Virus record (IMG/VR): IMGVR_UViG_3300045988_026548
Coordinates: 1-58,501 of that record
Length of the DNA stretch: 58,501 nucleotides
Direction: 5' to 3' (one strand)
Origin: a virus
The translations under genes were made by a program, and so were the position numbers. A model generated the notes under the pieces. That model worked only from the letters and a program-made list of their open reading frames with translations. It made no database searches and had not been told where the DNA came from. Shown here one piece after another: positions 1 through 8,822 of this stretch. Numbering within the stretch: position 1 is the stretch's first letter; each line of letters starts with the position of its first letter.

Positions 1-119
1 AGCCACTGCAACTGTTGAATCGCAGGATGGAGCCACCTATACGGTGACTGCATACGCTCGTGAGCCTGAATTTAAGAAGGGCATGGACGATTCGCAGATT
101 ACCGGCACTGCAAGCAGCT
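1..119. repeat. Terminal overlap of a circular assembly (1-119 identical to 58383-58501)
   Basis: Same 119 nt (agccactgcaactgttgaatcgcagg...caagcagct) read at both ends; unit length 58382 bp; the erf ORF is in frame across the junction. Confidence 0.95.
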
Positions 120-403
120 ACGCTAGAAAGTACGCTCTGAACGGTCTGTTCTGCATTGACGATACGAAGGATGCTGACACGGACGAGTACCAGAAGCAGA
201 CCACAAGCAGAGCGAACAAGCCTGTGCAAAAGCAAGCGGAAGCAGAAACCATTCCCCCGTGCGCTTGCTGCGGAAAGCAGTTGCAGCCTATTCAGTACAA
301 CAACCGCACCGTATCGCCGCTGGAAACCGCAAGAAGCACGAAGAAACGTTTTGGGCGTGTCCTGTGTTGGGGCTGTGCCCAGAAACAGCCGAAGGAGGGC
401 TAA
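2..403 (+). CDS. erf: ERF-family single-strand annealing recombinase, 3' part (continues from 58177-58501; full ORF 609 nt)
   Basis: Frame continuous across the overlap; ITGTASSYARKYALNGLFCIDDTKDAD is ERF-like; ssb follows directly. Confidence 0.8.
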   Translation, partial: ATATVESQDGATYTVTAYAREPEFKKGMDDSQITGTASSYARKYALNGLFCIDDTKDADTDEYQKQTTSRANKPVQKQAEAETIPPCACCGKQLQPIQYNNRTVSPLETARSTKKRFGRVLCWGCAQKQPKEG

Positions 404-406
404 ACA

Positions 407-826
407 ATGCTTAACTCTATCGCAATTCAGGGGCGTCTGGTTCACACGCCTGAAGCTAAGGTCACGAAGTCTGGCAAGGATGTTTGTACGTTCAGCATTG
501 CTTGCGACCGCCAGAGTGGCGGTCAGAAGGAAACCGACTTCTTTAACTGCACCGCATTTGGCAATACGGCACTGTTCGTTTCCAAGTGGTTCCAGAAGGG
601 CAGCCTGATTCTGGTGACTGGCAGCATCCAGACCCGGAAATATATCGACAAGCAGGGAAACAACCGCACCGCAACGGAAATCATGGCGAACAAGGTTGAC
701 TTTTGCGGTGGAAAGTCTGACGGCAAGCCTGCCGATCGGGCGCAGGATGCGCCGCAAAATTACTCTCAGGGCAACACGGACGACTTCTCTGTGATTGACG
801 ACAGTTCTGATCTCCCTTTTGACTAA
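407..826 (+). CDS. ssb: Single-stranded DNA-binding protein
   Basis: OB-fold N-terminus (MLNSIAIQGRLVHTPE...), acidic C-terminal tail DDSSDLPFD typical of SSB. Confidence 0.9.
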   Translation: MLNSIAIQGRLVHTPEAKVTKSGKDVCTFSIACDRQSGGQKETDFFNCTAFGNTALFVSKWFQKGSLILVTGSIQTRKYIDKQGNNRTATEIMANKVDFCGGKSDGKPADRAQDAPQNYSQGNTDDFSVIDDSSDLPFD

Positions 827-907
827 CGGTTACGCTACCGGGACAAAAGGCGAACCGCCTACCTTATATAAGAGCTGCGCTATCTGGCTGGACGGGCGTT
901 TGGAAAT

Positions 908-1558
908 ATGAAAGTGTTGATTGCCTGCGAGGAATCGCAAGAAGTGTGCAAAGCGTTTCGCGCAAAAGGCCACGAAGCCTATTCCTGCGACCTGATTAAG
1001 CCGTCCGGCGGGCATCCAGAATGGCATATTCTCGGTGACTGCCTAAAGGCTATCGAGGGAGGGCAGGTCGTGACCATGGACGGAACCGTGCATGACGTGC
1101 CCCGCTGGGACATGATTATCGCATTTGTCCCCTGCACAAAGACGAGCAACGCGGGAGCAAGACACCTGTACAAGGGAGGAAAGCTCAATCTTTCCCGGTA
1201 TTATGAGGGATTGTGCGGCAAGGCGCTTTTTCTTGCCGTGTGGGCGGCAGATTGCGAAAAAGTGGTGATTGAGAATCCTACCCCCAGCAAGATTTTTGAT
1301 TACCCAAAGCCTACGCAGGCAATCCAGCCCTACGAGTACGGACATCCGTACAGCAAGAAAACGCTACTATGGGAGCGCGGTGTACCGCCGCTGCACCCGA
1401 CAAACATCGTAGAACCTACCGCGACATGGTGCCCGTCTGGATCTTACTCGCATAAGCATGGTGAGCAGCATAAGGGAATGTTTACCACTGACCGTGCAAG
1501 GAACCGTGCAAAGACTTTTCCGGGCGTGGCAAATGCAATGTCCGAACAATGGGGGTAA
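908..1558 (+). CDS. DNA cytosine-C5 methyltransferase-like protein (short phage type)
   Basis: MKVLIACEESQ N-terminus, FVPCTKTSNAG (PC-like motif), VIENP (ENV-like), C-terminal FPGVANAMSEQWG as in the short phage Dcm-like family. Confidence 0.55.
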   Translation: MKVLIACEESQEVCKAFRAKGHEAYSCDLIKPSGGHPEWHILGDCLKAIEGGQVVTMDGTVHDVPRWDMIIAFVPCTKTSNAGARHLYKGGKLNLSRYYEGLCGKALFLAVWAADCEKVVIENPTPSKIFDYPKPTQAIQPYEYGHPYSKKTLLWERGVPPLHPTNIVEPTATWCPSGSYSHKHGEQHKGMFTTDRARNRAKTFPGVANAMSEQWG

Positions 1559-1562
1559 AACA

Positions 1563-1781
1563 ATGATTACCTGTTGTCTCAACTGCACATCACGCTGCAC
1601 AGCCTGCCACGACACTTGCGAGAAGTACAAGGCAGAGAAAAAAGACTTCGAGGAGCGCAAGGCGTTCGTGCATGAACTGAACCACAGCCAGAGCGTGTAC
1701 CACCGCAACTACGAGGACAAGCACCGGGAACGTGGCAAGAAACGGTTTCTCGGAAGTGAATTTAGAGGTGAACGAGGATGA
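1563..1781 (+). CDS. Small Cys-rich protein
   Basis: ATG at 1563 just after the upstream stop; CCLNCTSRCTACHDTC cysteine cluster. Confidence 0.5.
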   Translation: MITCCLNCTSRCTACHDTCEKYKAEKKDFEERKAFVHELNHSQSVYHRNYEDKHRERGKKRFLGSEFRGERG

Positions 1782-2005
1782 ACGAATGGAGAGAAACGGC
1801 AAAGAACCCTCCGACAAAGAAAGATACTGGCAAAAATGAGATGTTTGTTCTTTCGGTATATTTTTCCGAAAGACAGCATAAATGGCGCATATCTCAGGAA
1901 TCGTGGCTGCTTGTGGCATCGCTTCCTGATGAGCACCCGTTTTGGATGCCGTTGCCTGATTTGCCGAAAGAATTAGAGCGTGTAAACAGGGGAATCGACG
2001 TATGA
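1778..2005 (+). CDS. DUF551-like protein
   Basis: C-terminal HPFWMPLPDLPKE motif; start overlaps the upstream stop. Confidence 0.6.
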   Translation: MNEWRETAKNPPTKKDTGKNEMFVLSVYFSERQHKWRISQESWLLVASLPDEHPFWMPLPDLPKELERVNRGIDV

Positions 2006-2535
2006 ACACCGGCAAGCAGTTTGAAGCAGACTTCAAGGCATCCGTCCCATCCGATGCGTGGTGCTATCGCCTGAAAGACAGTGCTACCACCTACTACGGC
2101 GGCAATGAGAACCTATCCTTTTCCATCGACAACATCTGCGACTTCCTTGTGTACCGATACCCGATGAACCACCTGTTTGAGCTGAAAACCATTGAAACGC
2201 CCTCTATCCCTCTGGAAAAGGTGTTCGGCAAGTACGACAAGGCAAAGTGCAAATACCGCAAGGAAAAGCACATCACGGATATGGTGGATGCAATGGCGTA
2301 CAGCGGCCAGACCGCCCATGTGATAGTCAATTACCGGGCAGTCAACCGCACCTTTGCAATCCCTGCCAGCAAGGTTCTGGCGTTCCGTTACAACGAGAGC
2401 CGGAAAAGCATCCCTTGGCAGTGGGCAGAACAAGAGGGGATAGAGGTCAAAGCAAAAAGGCTGCGTGTCCATTGGCGGTATGACGTGGATAAGCTGCTAA
2501 AGAGATTGGAGAAAGAACATGAAAAAATGGACTAA
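2002..2535 (+). CDS. RecU-like Holliday junction resolvase (PD-(D/E)xK)
   Basis: GKQFEADF N-terminus and CDFLVY...LFELKT core resemble RecU; sits in the recombination module. Confidence 0.5.
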   Translation: MNTGKQFEADFKASVPSDAWCYRLKDSATTYYGGNENLSFSIDNICDFLVYRYPMNHLFELKTIETPSIPLEKVFGKYDKAKCKYRKEKHITDMVDAMAYSGQTAHVIVNYRAVNRTFAIPASKVLAFRYNESRKSIPWQWAEQEGIEVKAKRLRVHWRYDVDKLLKRLEKEHEKMD

Positions 2536-2926
2536 AGAACTTCTGGAAGAAAGCGGATACAAAATCAAGAACGCACAAATTGAAAGCGTTCGTCTTACTA
2601 TGGCAGACCACGGGGTTTTAACTTCCGATTTAGTACTTAATGGTCATGGATGGGGCGTTTGCTATGGTGGGTATGTTCTCGGCAAGGGCTATCTTGGTAG
2701 CAAAGATTTTGAGGGATACGGCTCTGGCATGGAAGCAATTATGCGAATCATGGACACAGTTGGCGTTGAGGAATACGGTCAGATGAAAGGAAAGTATGTT
2801 CGCGTCGCCACAAAAGGTCTTGGAAGCTCTGTAAGAATCATCGGAAATATTTTGGATGATAAGTGGTTTGATTACGAATCTTTCTTTGCAGATAAAAAGG
2901 ATGAAGAAAATGACAATGGTATGTGA
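2519..2926 (+). CDS. Hypothetical protein
   Basis: 135-aa ORF overlapping its operon neighbours. Confidence 0.6.
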   Translation: MKKWTKELLEESGYKIKNAQIESVRLTMADHGVLTSDLVLNGHGWGVCYGGYVLGKGYLGSKDFEGYGSGMEAIMRIMDTVGVEEYGQMKGKYVRVATKGLGSSVRIIGNILDDKWFDYESFFADKKDEENDNGM

Positions 2927-3083
2927 TAGGTGCGGCGAAACGTTTACGTTTGAAGAATGGAATAAATGGAACAAAATGAATGGGAAAATTGAAGTTCGGC
3001 CAATAATCGGCGGGGAAGAAGGGTGGAGCATTCTTCTTTGCCCCTCTTGCATGGCAAGTCCGCCGAAAGAGACGGAATCTTGA
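2910..3083 (+). CDS. Small zinc-ribbon protein
   Basis: CDRCG...CPSC pairs; start among ATGs at 2901/2910/2916 is uncertain. Confidence 0.5.
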   Translation: MTMVCDRCGETFTFEEWNKWNKMNGKIEVRPIIGGEEGWSILLCPSCMASPPKETES

Positions 3084-3173
3084 TTTATAACAGGTACATG
3101 GAAAAGGTTATCAAAATCGAAGATGAAAAAGAAGCCCGCTGGCTCTCTCGCCTTGAAGCAAAGGAGGATAAAA

Positions 3174-3437
3174 ATGGCTGAATACCATGTTGGATGTGGG
3201 ATGTTTGGAAACATCTATGCAGGAACGATGATGAAGCAGCGGAAAGATGGATTGCAGTTATGGAGAAGCAAGTCTGATGTGACCGATGAAGCAGTTTCCG
3301 CTGTTCTGTCTCATTTTATTACTGAAATGGAGTGTTCAGACAAGACGAAGCTCGAAAAGGTGTGGGGCGTTATTGGAAACAAGAAGCTAAAAGTTACATT
3401 CGAGCTTTCAGCCAATAAGGAGCAGTCGGATGAATAA
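3174..3437 (+). CDS. Hypothetical protein
   Basis: aaggaggataaaaATG RBS at 3174 inside ORF 3123-3437. Confidence 0.6.
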   Translation: MAEYHVGCGMFGNIYAGTMMKQRKDGLQLWRSKSDVTDEAVSAVLSHFITEMECSDKTKLEKVWGVIGNKKLKVTFELSANKEQSDE

Positions 3438-3475
3438 ATTCGAAAACTGCCCCTCGAAAAAGAGCTGAGAGAAAG

Positions 3476-3670
3476 GTGGAGCTAACAATGTTTGAATTTG
3501 CAACTCGCTGGCTGGTCTGCCTAGTCCTGCTGGCGATGGTAGTTCAGTCCGAACGGACAATCAAAAACATGGCAGACAACCTGTTTGAAAAACGGCAAGC
3601 AATGCTCGTCTGGCTGTTCGTCAACGTGTGTCTGGTCGTTTGTACGGCTGTTGTGATGGGGTGGAAATGA
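3476..3670 (+). CDS. Small membrane protein
   Basis: Two hydrophobic helices (WLVCLVLLAMVV; LVWLFVNVCLVVCTAVVMGW); GTG 3476 or ATG 3488. Confidence 0.55.
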   Translation: MELTMFEFATRWLVCLVLLAMVVQSERTIKNMADNLFEKRQAMLVWLFVNVCLVVCTAVVMGWK

Positions 3671-3858
3671 TGATTCAGGATATCAACATGATAGGGCGTG
3701 AAAGGCTGGCTTTTCTGTATGGCCTTTATAGTGGCTGTGCGAAATCCGAAACTGAGCTTAATACCAAAGGCATTTATCAGAAAATCGCTTCTGAGTTAGC
3801 TTGGTGTTTGGGATTCAACGAGAACAACAGCAAATGCTATGAGATGAATGAGGAATAA
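3667..3858 (+). CDS. Hypothetical protein
   Basis: ATGA start/stop overlap with the upstream gene. Confidence 0.55.
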   Translation: MMIQDINMIGRERLAFLYGLYSGCAKSETELNTKGIYQKIASELAWCLGFNENNSKCYEMNEE

Positions 3859-3861
3859 CCA

Positions 3862-4026
3862 ATGGACAACGAACTTTACTGCCCGATGAAGATGACCAGC
3901 AATCCACTTGGTCGGTGCGTATGCGAGAAAGAAAAGTGCGCTTGGTGGCGGCAGTTGGATAACTGCTGTTCTATCTGGCAGATTGCACAGAAGCTGGACA
4001 GCATCGAAAAGAAGATGAAGAGGTGA
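3862..4026 (+). CDS. Small Cys-rich protein (54 aa, below the ORF-track cutoff)
   Basis: Hand translation MDNELYCPMKMTSNPLGRCVCEKEKCAWWRQLDNCCSIW...; fills the gap between neighbouring genes. Confidence 0.45.
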   Translation: MDNELYCPMKMTSNPLGRCVCEKEKCAWWRQLDNCCSIWQIAQKLDSIEKKMKR

Positions 4027-4030
4027 GAGT

Positions 4031-4357
4031 GTGAAAAAGCGAATTTACCTTGTTCTCGAAACCGAAGCAGACGAGGATGACAAGAGCATCCGTAGCGATA
4101 TTGAGCAAGAACTTGGGATGGCTACGCATTATTTTGAAATCTGCTCTTATAGCGAAATCGGGTTTGAGGGCTTGTGGAGAAGCACATTTGAGCAACCACC
4201 TAAGAAAGAAGATGCAGATGAAAACGGCTATGTGATGGCGATTGCCGGACCGATCACAAAGTCCGATTGCGTAGGTTATCCATATAAATGGTTGTGGAAT
4301 GGCGTTGCAAAGCATCCATACGCATACCCTGTTTGGAAGCCCATCAAGGAGGCTTGA
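4031..4357 (+). CDS. Hypothetical acidic protein
   Basis: 108-aa ORF with GTG start; ends ...YPVWKPIKEA. Confidence 0.55.
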   Translation: MKKRIYLVLETEADEDDKSIRSDIEQELGMATHYFEICSYSEIGFEGLWRSTFEQPPKKEDADENGYVMAIAGPITKSDCVGYPYKWLWNGVAKHPYAYPVWKPIKEA

Positions 4358-4360
4358 TAC

Positions 4361-5128
4361 ATGGCAACACCCCCGAAGCGTGGTCGTGGCAGACCGCCGC
4401 TGACCGAAGCTGAAAAGAAAAAGCGTGAGAAGCGGGCGCAAAAGGCGAAAGAAGAAGCCGCTGCGAAGCGCGAGAAAGAGCGTGAGAAGAAGAAACAACA
4501 GATGCTTAACAAGCGGAAATCTATCCGATCACAGGTGAGTAAAAAGGTGAAAGAACAACAGGAGTTAGCAATTGAGAAGTCGAAGATGATGAACACGGGC
4601 GATTTGCAGTCGAGAATCGGTGATGAAGAGGACAAGAAAATTATCGGAATGATTGCAGCCAAGTATTTTGGCGACCTTCCGAGCGTGGACATGAACAACC
4701 CGATTGAAGTGCAGCAACGCCTTGACTTCTTCTTTGACGCTTGCATCGAAGCCAGAATCTCCCCTGTGGTGGAATGGATCGCGCTGGTTCTGGGCATCGA
4801 ATGGGTGAGCCTGAAGCAAATTATGGCGGGCAAACGCCGTGACGACAGCTTGCAGCAGAAGTACATTTTGAAACTGATTCTGCAAATGCAGTCCATGTGG
4901 GCGTACAACGGTATGTACGGTCAGGAGAACCCGGCAGAGTGGATTTTCCGAGCCAAGAACTACTTTGGTATGCGTGACAACGTGGAAGTTACCGTTGCGC
5001 CGCCTGAACAGCCGTTGGGCGATGCCCAGAGCGCAGAACAGTTGGCTCAGAAGTACCAGACGGCTTTGCCGAAGGGGATTGACGTGGAGTACAGAGAGGT
5101 GGCGAAAAATGAAACAACGGTTGGTTGA
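4361..5128 (+). CDS. DNA-binding protein with AT-hook-like N-terminus; terminase-small-subunit-like core
   Basis: PKRGRGRPP plus a Lys/Glu coiled coil; QQRLDFFFDACIEARISPVVEWIALVLGI resembles TerS HTH regions. Not adjacent to terL. Confidence 0.35.
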   Translation: MATPPKRGRGRPPLTEAEKKKREKRAQKAKEEAAAKREKEREKKKQQMLNKRKSIRSQVSKKVKEQQELAIEKSKMMNTGDLQSRIGDEEDKKIIGMIAAKYFGDLPSVDMNNPIEVQQRLDFFFDACIEARISPVVEWIALVLGIEWVSLKQIMAGKRRDDSLQQKYILKLILQMQSMWAYNGMYGQENPAEWIFRAKNYFGMRDNVEVTVAPPEQPLGDAQSAEQLAQKYQTALPKGIDVEYREVAKNETTVG

Positions 5129-5894
5129 CTTCTCCGACCCGATTCTTTCAGCGGTGCTGTTTATTTTGCTTAAAGACCGTGCTACCGGCAAAAACATCAT
5201 CTGGGCAACAGAGCCACCGCCTGAACTGGGCATAGGCTTTGCGGATGAAATCACGTTAGGACAAATCAAGAAGTGCCCACCAGTGCCAAGAGTTCTTAAG
5301 CGTCTAGATGAGCAGAAGCAAAGAACCAAAGCAAAAGCAGAGGTTTTCACTCCTTCTTGGGTCTGCGAAAAGATGATAGACATGGGCGAAGAAAACGGTG
5401 CGATGCCCGATATGAAGAAAGAGCCTATCAAGTACATCCATTCGACAGTTCTTGAAATCACCTGCGGAGAAGCACCATTCCTTGTGAACCGATACGACAC
5501 GGTAACAGGCAAAAAGATTCCAGTACCAAGACGGAAAGGACTATTTGACCGCAAACTGAAATGTGTAAACAACTGGTTTGATTGGAATGTCTGGACATGG
5601 CACGATGTGGCAGAGGACGCAGCAACGACTACATACGGCTATGAGTGGCAGGGTGACAGCCTGTTGCTTGCAAGAGCAAATATGCTCATGACATGGCGAG
5701 AGAACTTTAAGTGGCTGTTTGGCATAGAGCCTGACGCTGGGAAGGTTCGCGAGATGGCTGCTATCATCTCATGGAACGTCTGGCAGATGGATGGGCTGAA
5801 AAAGACCGTGCCCGGCACGGACATTCCGTGCAAAATCAAAGACTGGAAAGCTGACAAAGAAATCCTGTTCAAGGATGTTGTGGAGGAAAAATAA
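5109..5894 (+). CDS. N6-adenine methyltransferase-like protein lacking an NPPY motif
   Basis: AEVFTPSWVCEKM and LEITCGEAPFLV (motif I-like), YGYEWQGDSLLLARANM; no (D/N)PP(Y/F) seen before the stop. Confidence 0.4.
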   Translation: MKQRLVDFSDPILSAVLFILLKDRATGKNIIWATEPPPELGIGFADEITLGQIKKCPPVPRVLKRLDEQKQRTKAKAEVFTPSWVCEKMIDMGEENGAMPDMKKEPIKYIHSTVLEITCGEAPFLVNRYDTVTGKKIPVPRRKGLFDRKLKCVNNWFDWNVWTWHDVAEDAATTTYGYEWQGDSLLLARANMLMTWRENFKWLFGIEPDAGKVREMAAIISWNVWQMDGLKKTVPGTDIPCKIKDWKADKEILFKDVVEEK

Positions 5895-5897
5895 GCA

Positions 5898-6110
5898 ATG
5901 GTTGTTTTTGTTACGAAAAGAGAGTTAGAGGACGAAGATTTGAAAACACATATTGCTCAAGGTAAAGAGAGGATTCCAGCCGGAGCAAAGGTAGAACTCG
6001 TCAAGAGAATCGAAAATCTTTATGGAACGTATTACCTTTGCAACTACAAAGGCAAAAACTATTATCTTGACCCTCGCGACTTAAAATTGGAAGAGGAGTA
6101 TTTTGACTAA
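5898..6110 (+). CDS. Hypothetical protein
   Basis: 70-aa ORF tightly packed in the operon. Confidence 0.55.
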   Translation: MVVFVTKRELEDEDLKTHIAQGKERIPAGAKVELVKRIENLYGTYYLCNYKGKNYYLDPRDLKLEEEYFD

Positions 6111-6313
6111 TGCAAACTGACAGAGGAATCTACCACAAGCGAGTATGTGACCGCTGCGGAGCGGTTCTGTGCGGCAGGATGATGAACCCTGACGAATACT
6201 TCAAGGACTGGGCATGGCGCAGGGACACAGGCGACCTTTGCCCGGAGTGCTATGCAGAATATAAGCGATTGATCGGACGGTTCAACAGGGGAAAGAGAGG
6301 GCAAAGAAGATGA
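6110..6313 (+). CDS. Small zinc-ribbon protein
   Basis: CDRCG...CPEC pairs; start overlaps the upstream stop. Confidence 0.55.
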   Translation: MQTDRGIYHKRVCDRCGAVLCGRMMNPDEYFKDWAWRRDTGDLCPECYAEYKRLIGRFNRGKRGQRR

Positions 6314-6543
6314 AAAAGTGCGCTCTTTACAGATGCAAACAGTGCTTTGCAACCATGACGGACGAAGGCGATGTCAGAATCGACAAAGATATTGTTGATT
6401 GGATGTTTGAAAACGAAATGGAAGAAAGCAAGATTGGGTTTATCGCAAAGTTCAAAATAAGCGATAAAGTCCTCATCCATCGTTGCTCCAATAACACCGT
6501 TGGATTGTGTGAGTTTATCGGATGGAAGGAGATAGAGGAATGA
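6310..6543 (+). CDS. Hypothetical protein
   Basis: 77-aa ORF overlapping its neighbours. Confidence 0.55.
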   Translation: MKKCALYRCKQCFATMTDEGDVRIDKDIVDWMFENEMEESKIGFIAKFKISDKVLIHRCSNNTVGLCEFIGWKEIEE

Positions 6544-6785
6544 ACTTCTATTGCACCGCCGAACATTGCTTTATGTCAGGGATGTTTTTTCATAAAGGCG
6601 TTGTCAGGTGTACAGCGCATGACTGCAAAGACAGGACGGAGCCTTCCTGTGGCTCTTGCAAATGGTACGCAGAGCCGGAGGGCGTATGCGTAAACGACCA
6701 GTCAGAACACGTTGCAGACTTCGTGTGGGACGAACGTGGATGCAAGGAATGGGAGAAGAAAGATGACAGCAGGGGAGAAGATTAG
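6540..6785 (+). CDS. Cys-rich hypothetical protein
   Basis: ATG 6540 overlaps the upstream stop; many Cys/His residues. Confidence 0.5.
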   Translation: MNFYCTAEHCFMSGMFFHKGVVRCTAHDCKDRTEPSCGSCKWYAEPEGVCVNDQSEHVADFVWDERGCKEWEKKDDSRGED

Positions 6786-7242
6786 AAAGCGCAGGATTGA
6801 ACTTGGCATCACGCAGAAAGATGTTGCAAGTATTATTGGAACAACCGGCGCGTACGTCAGTGCCGTTGAAAAGCAAAAGCGTGGCGTAAAGAAAGAAACA
6901 CGGCTGGAAAAATTTGCAGAAGCCCTTAAATGCAGCGTTGATGATTTAAGGTCAGATGTTCCTAAAGGCATGGTAGACCCCGCTAATGACGACTTTGGAG
7001 CTGTCTGCAACTGCGCTGCCCGCTACTGCTTGGGCAGACGGTCGTATATGTCTAGCCTTGTCTGCGGATACATCATCTCGCTTCTGCCGGAGCTGACGGA
7101 CAAGACGCTTGATTGCTTTGAGCGTGACATTGCAGAACGAAAGCGGACAGGGTTCGACTTTGGCGATTCCTGCGACTATGAGACGTGGGATACGTTCTAC
7201 AAGGCGGTTTGTAAAGAGATTGAAGGGAGAAAAGAACAATGA
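6763..7242 (+). CDS. XRE-family helix-turn-helix protein
   Basis: GEKIRKRRIELGITQKDVASIIGTTGAYVSAVEKQKR is a classic HTH_3 pattern. Confidence 0.75.
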   Translation: MTAGEKIRKRRIELGITQKDVASIIGTTGAYVSAVEKQKRGVKKETRLEKFAEALKCSVDDLRSDVPKGMVDPANDDFGAVCNCAARYCLGRRSYMSSLVCGYIISLLPELTDKTLDCFERDIAERKRTGFDFGDSCDYETWDTFYKAVCKEIEGRKEQ

Positions 7243-7622
7243 AGAAAGCAATTTTATCTGTAGCATTGGCGGCATCTATCGCATTGTGCGGATGCACAGA
7301 AGCATCTCGTGTGAATCACAATATTTCGCAGCAGGCAAAGAATTTCAACGTCACTCGCAGATTGTCTGTTGTTAATGCAAGAACTGATACGCCGATGCTT
7401 GAAATAATCGGGAACATGGACATTTCCAATAACAGCAACAATGAACTTGTGGTGACTATTGAATTGCCCGATGGCACATACAAAAAGCATTACGTCTATC
7501 TTAACGAGTACACAATGTACATTGTGGAGGATTTGAGCGGTTCTGACGTGGACAAGTATCATTACGAAATCAACATCTTGCCGCAGCAGTTACAAAACTT
7601 CGTTCTCACCTACAATCCGTAA
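7239..7622 (+). CDS. Lipoprotein
   Basis: Signal peptide with lipobox: MKKAILSVALAASIALCGC. Confidence 0.7.
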   Translation: MKKAILSVALAASIALCGCTEASRVNHNISQQAKNFNVTRRLSVVNARTDTPMLEIIGNMDISNNSNNELVVTIELPDGTYKKHYVYLNEYTMYIVEDLSGSDVDKYHYEINILPQQLQNFVLTYNP

Positions 7623-7637
7623 GCGAGGTATCGGATA

Positions 7638-7871
7638 ATGGCTAACACTCTTTGGCATACAGCAAGCGAACCGCCACGAGAGCGGACGCAGCCTTTGTTG
7701 CTTGCGACTAAGACAATCTGGCGTGATAAAGATGGAAAAATGTTGCAAGGATTTTCGCCGGCAGCATACTTTCTTGGCTGTTACGCAGACGGTCAGTTCT
7801 GGGATGAGATAGGTGAGAGACTGCCGAAAGATGTTACGGTAACGCATTGGATGGCGTTCCCGATGGTATGA
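7638..7871 (+). CDS. DUF551-like protein
   Basis: C-terminal VTHWMAFPMV. Confidence 0.6.
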   Translation: MANTLWHTASEPPRERTQPLLLATKTIWRDKDGKMLQGFSPAAYFLGCYADGQFWDEIGERLPKDVTVTHWMAFPMV

Positions 7872-7880
7872 GGTGATGTT

Positions 7881-8087
7881 ATGAATGAATGGATTAGCGT
7901 AAAAAATAAACTTCCAAATGCTGAATACGGCGAATCTAAAGATGTGCTGACAATAAATTCTATGGGTGTTATGCGAGTAATGAACTTTGATGGAGGATGC
8001 TGGTGCTATCCGACTATGGAGCCTTACGCCAGTGCATTCAAAATTACGCACTGGATGCCCCTTCCTCAACCGCCAAAGGAGGCTTGA
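7881..8087 (+). CDS. DUF551-like protein
   Basis: MNEWISVKNKLP... and C-terminal ITHWMPLPQPPKEA. Confidence 0.7.
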   Translation: MNEWISVKNKLPNAEYGESKDVLTINSMGVMRVMNFDGGCWCYPTMEPYASAFKITHWMPLPQPPKEA

Positions 8088-8089
8088 GT

Positions 8090-8266
8090 ATGACGAACAA
8101 GAAGTTTGGTATCATCATTATGGACTTGAGCTTTTTTGATTTTGGGCCGAAGCCACCTTGCGGGTACATCAAGACGAAGCATATTCGCCCAGCTTACGGC
8201 AAAGGCGCAAGGCCTGTCAAGGCGCATAAGAGAATCACGAGAACGAGAGAGGGATTTAGAAAGTGA
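8090..8266 (+). CDS. Small basic hypothetical protein
   Basis: ATG 8090 just after the upstream stop. Confidence 0.45.
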   Translation: MTNKKFGIIIMDLSFFDFGPKPPCGYIKTKHIRPAYGKGARPVKAHKRITRTREGFRK

Positions 8267-8544
8267 AAAAGCTTAAATTTCCTGAGGATTTCTTTGCATA
8301 CGAAAACCCGGACTGCCCTGATAAGGATATTGAAAAAGCCGTAAACAGGATGAAGAACTGGATGAAGGGCGAGACCTACAAGAGCAACCCTTGGTTCTTT
8401 ATGGCTGCTGGCAACTATCTGATCGTAGGCCTAATTGCTGAGGATGGGCAGAAAACAATCTACGTTGCACGGCAGTATTATGAGATAGTCAACATTCCGG
8501 GCGAAGGCTGGCTGCGTGAATCTGACGCTGAGTGCCTGTTTTAA
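8263..8544 (+). CDS. Hypothetical protein
   Basis: 93-aa ORF, GTG start overlapping the upstream stop. Confidence 0.55.
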   Translation: MKKLKFPEDFFAYENPDCPDKDIEKAVNRMKNWMKGETYKSNPWFFMAAGNYLIVGLIAEDGQKTIYVARQYYEIVNIPGEGWLRESDAECLF

Positions 8545-8556
8545 GGAGAATTAAAG

Positions 8557-8820
8557 ATGGAAGAACTTAAAAGATGCCCGTTCTGCGGCAAGAACTCAGT
8601 TTACATTGGCGTGTGCGATGATGAAGGCAACTTTCATGGTCGTTTGGGATGCGAGTACGAACAAGACCCGTGGAGCGGGCTTTCTTATGACTTGCATCAC
8701 GAAGGATGGGGCAAATGTATCCTTTGCACGGATGGAGACAATCAAAGCATGGGTGGCGCACTGTTTGACACGGCAGAGGATGCTATCGAAGCATGGAACA
8801 AACGCTACAAAGAGGATTGA
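8557..8820 (+). CDS. lar: Lar-family restriction alleviation protein
   Basis: LKRCPFCG near the N-terminus and AIEAWNKR at the C-terminus are the Lar-family hallmarks. Confidence 0.7.
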   Translation: MEELKRCPFCGKNSVYIGVCDDEGNFHGRLGCEYEQDPWSGLSYDLHHEGWGKCILCTDGDNQSMGGALFDTAEDAIEAWNKRYKED

Positions 8821-8822
8821 GA

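Noticed and set aside
4361-5128. Calling this gene the terminase small subunit outright
   Set aside because: It shows only a TerS-like HTH pattern and lies 16 kb from terL inside the early operon. I keep it as a low-confidence DNA-binding protein; no clear TerS was found next to terL.
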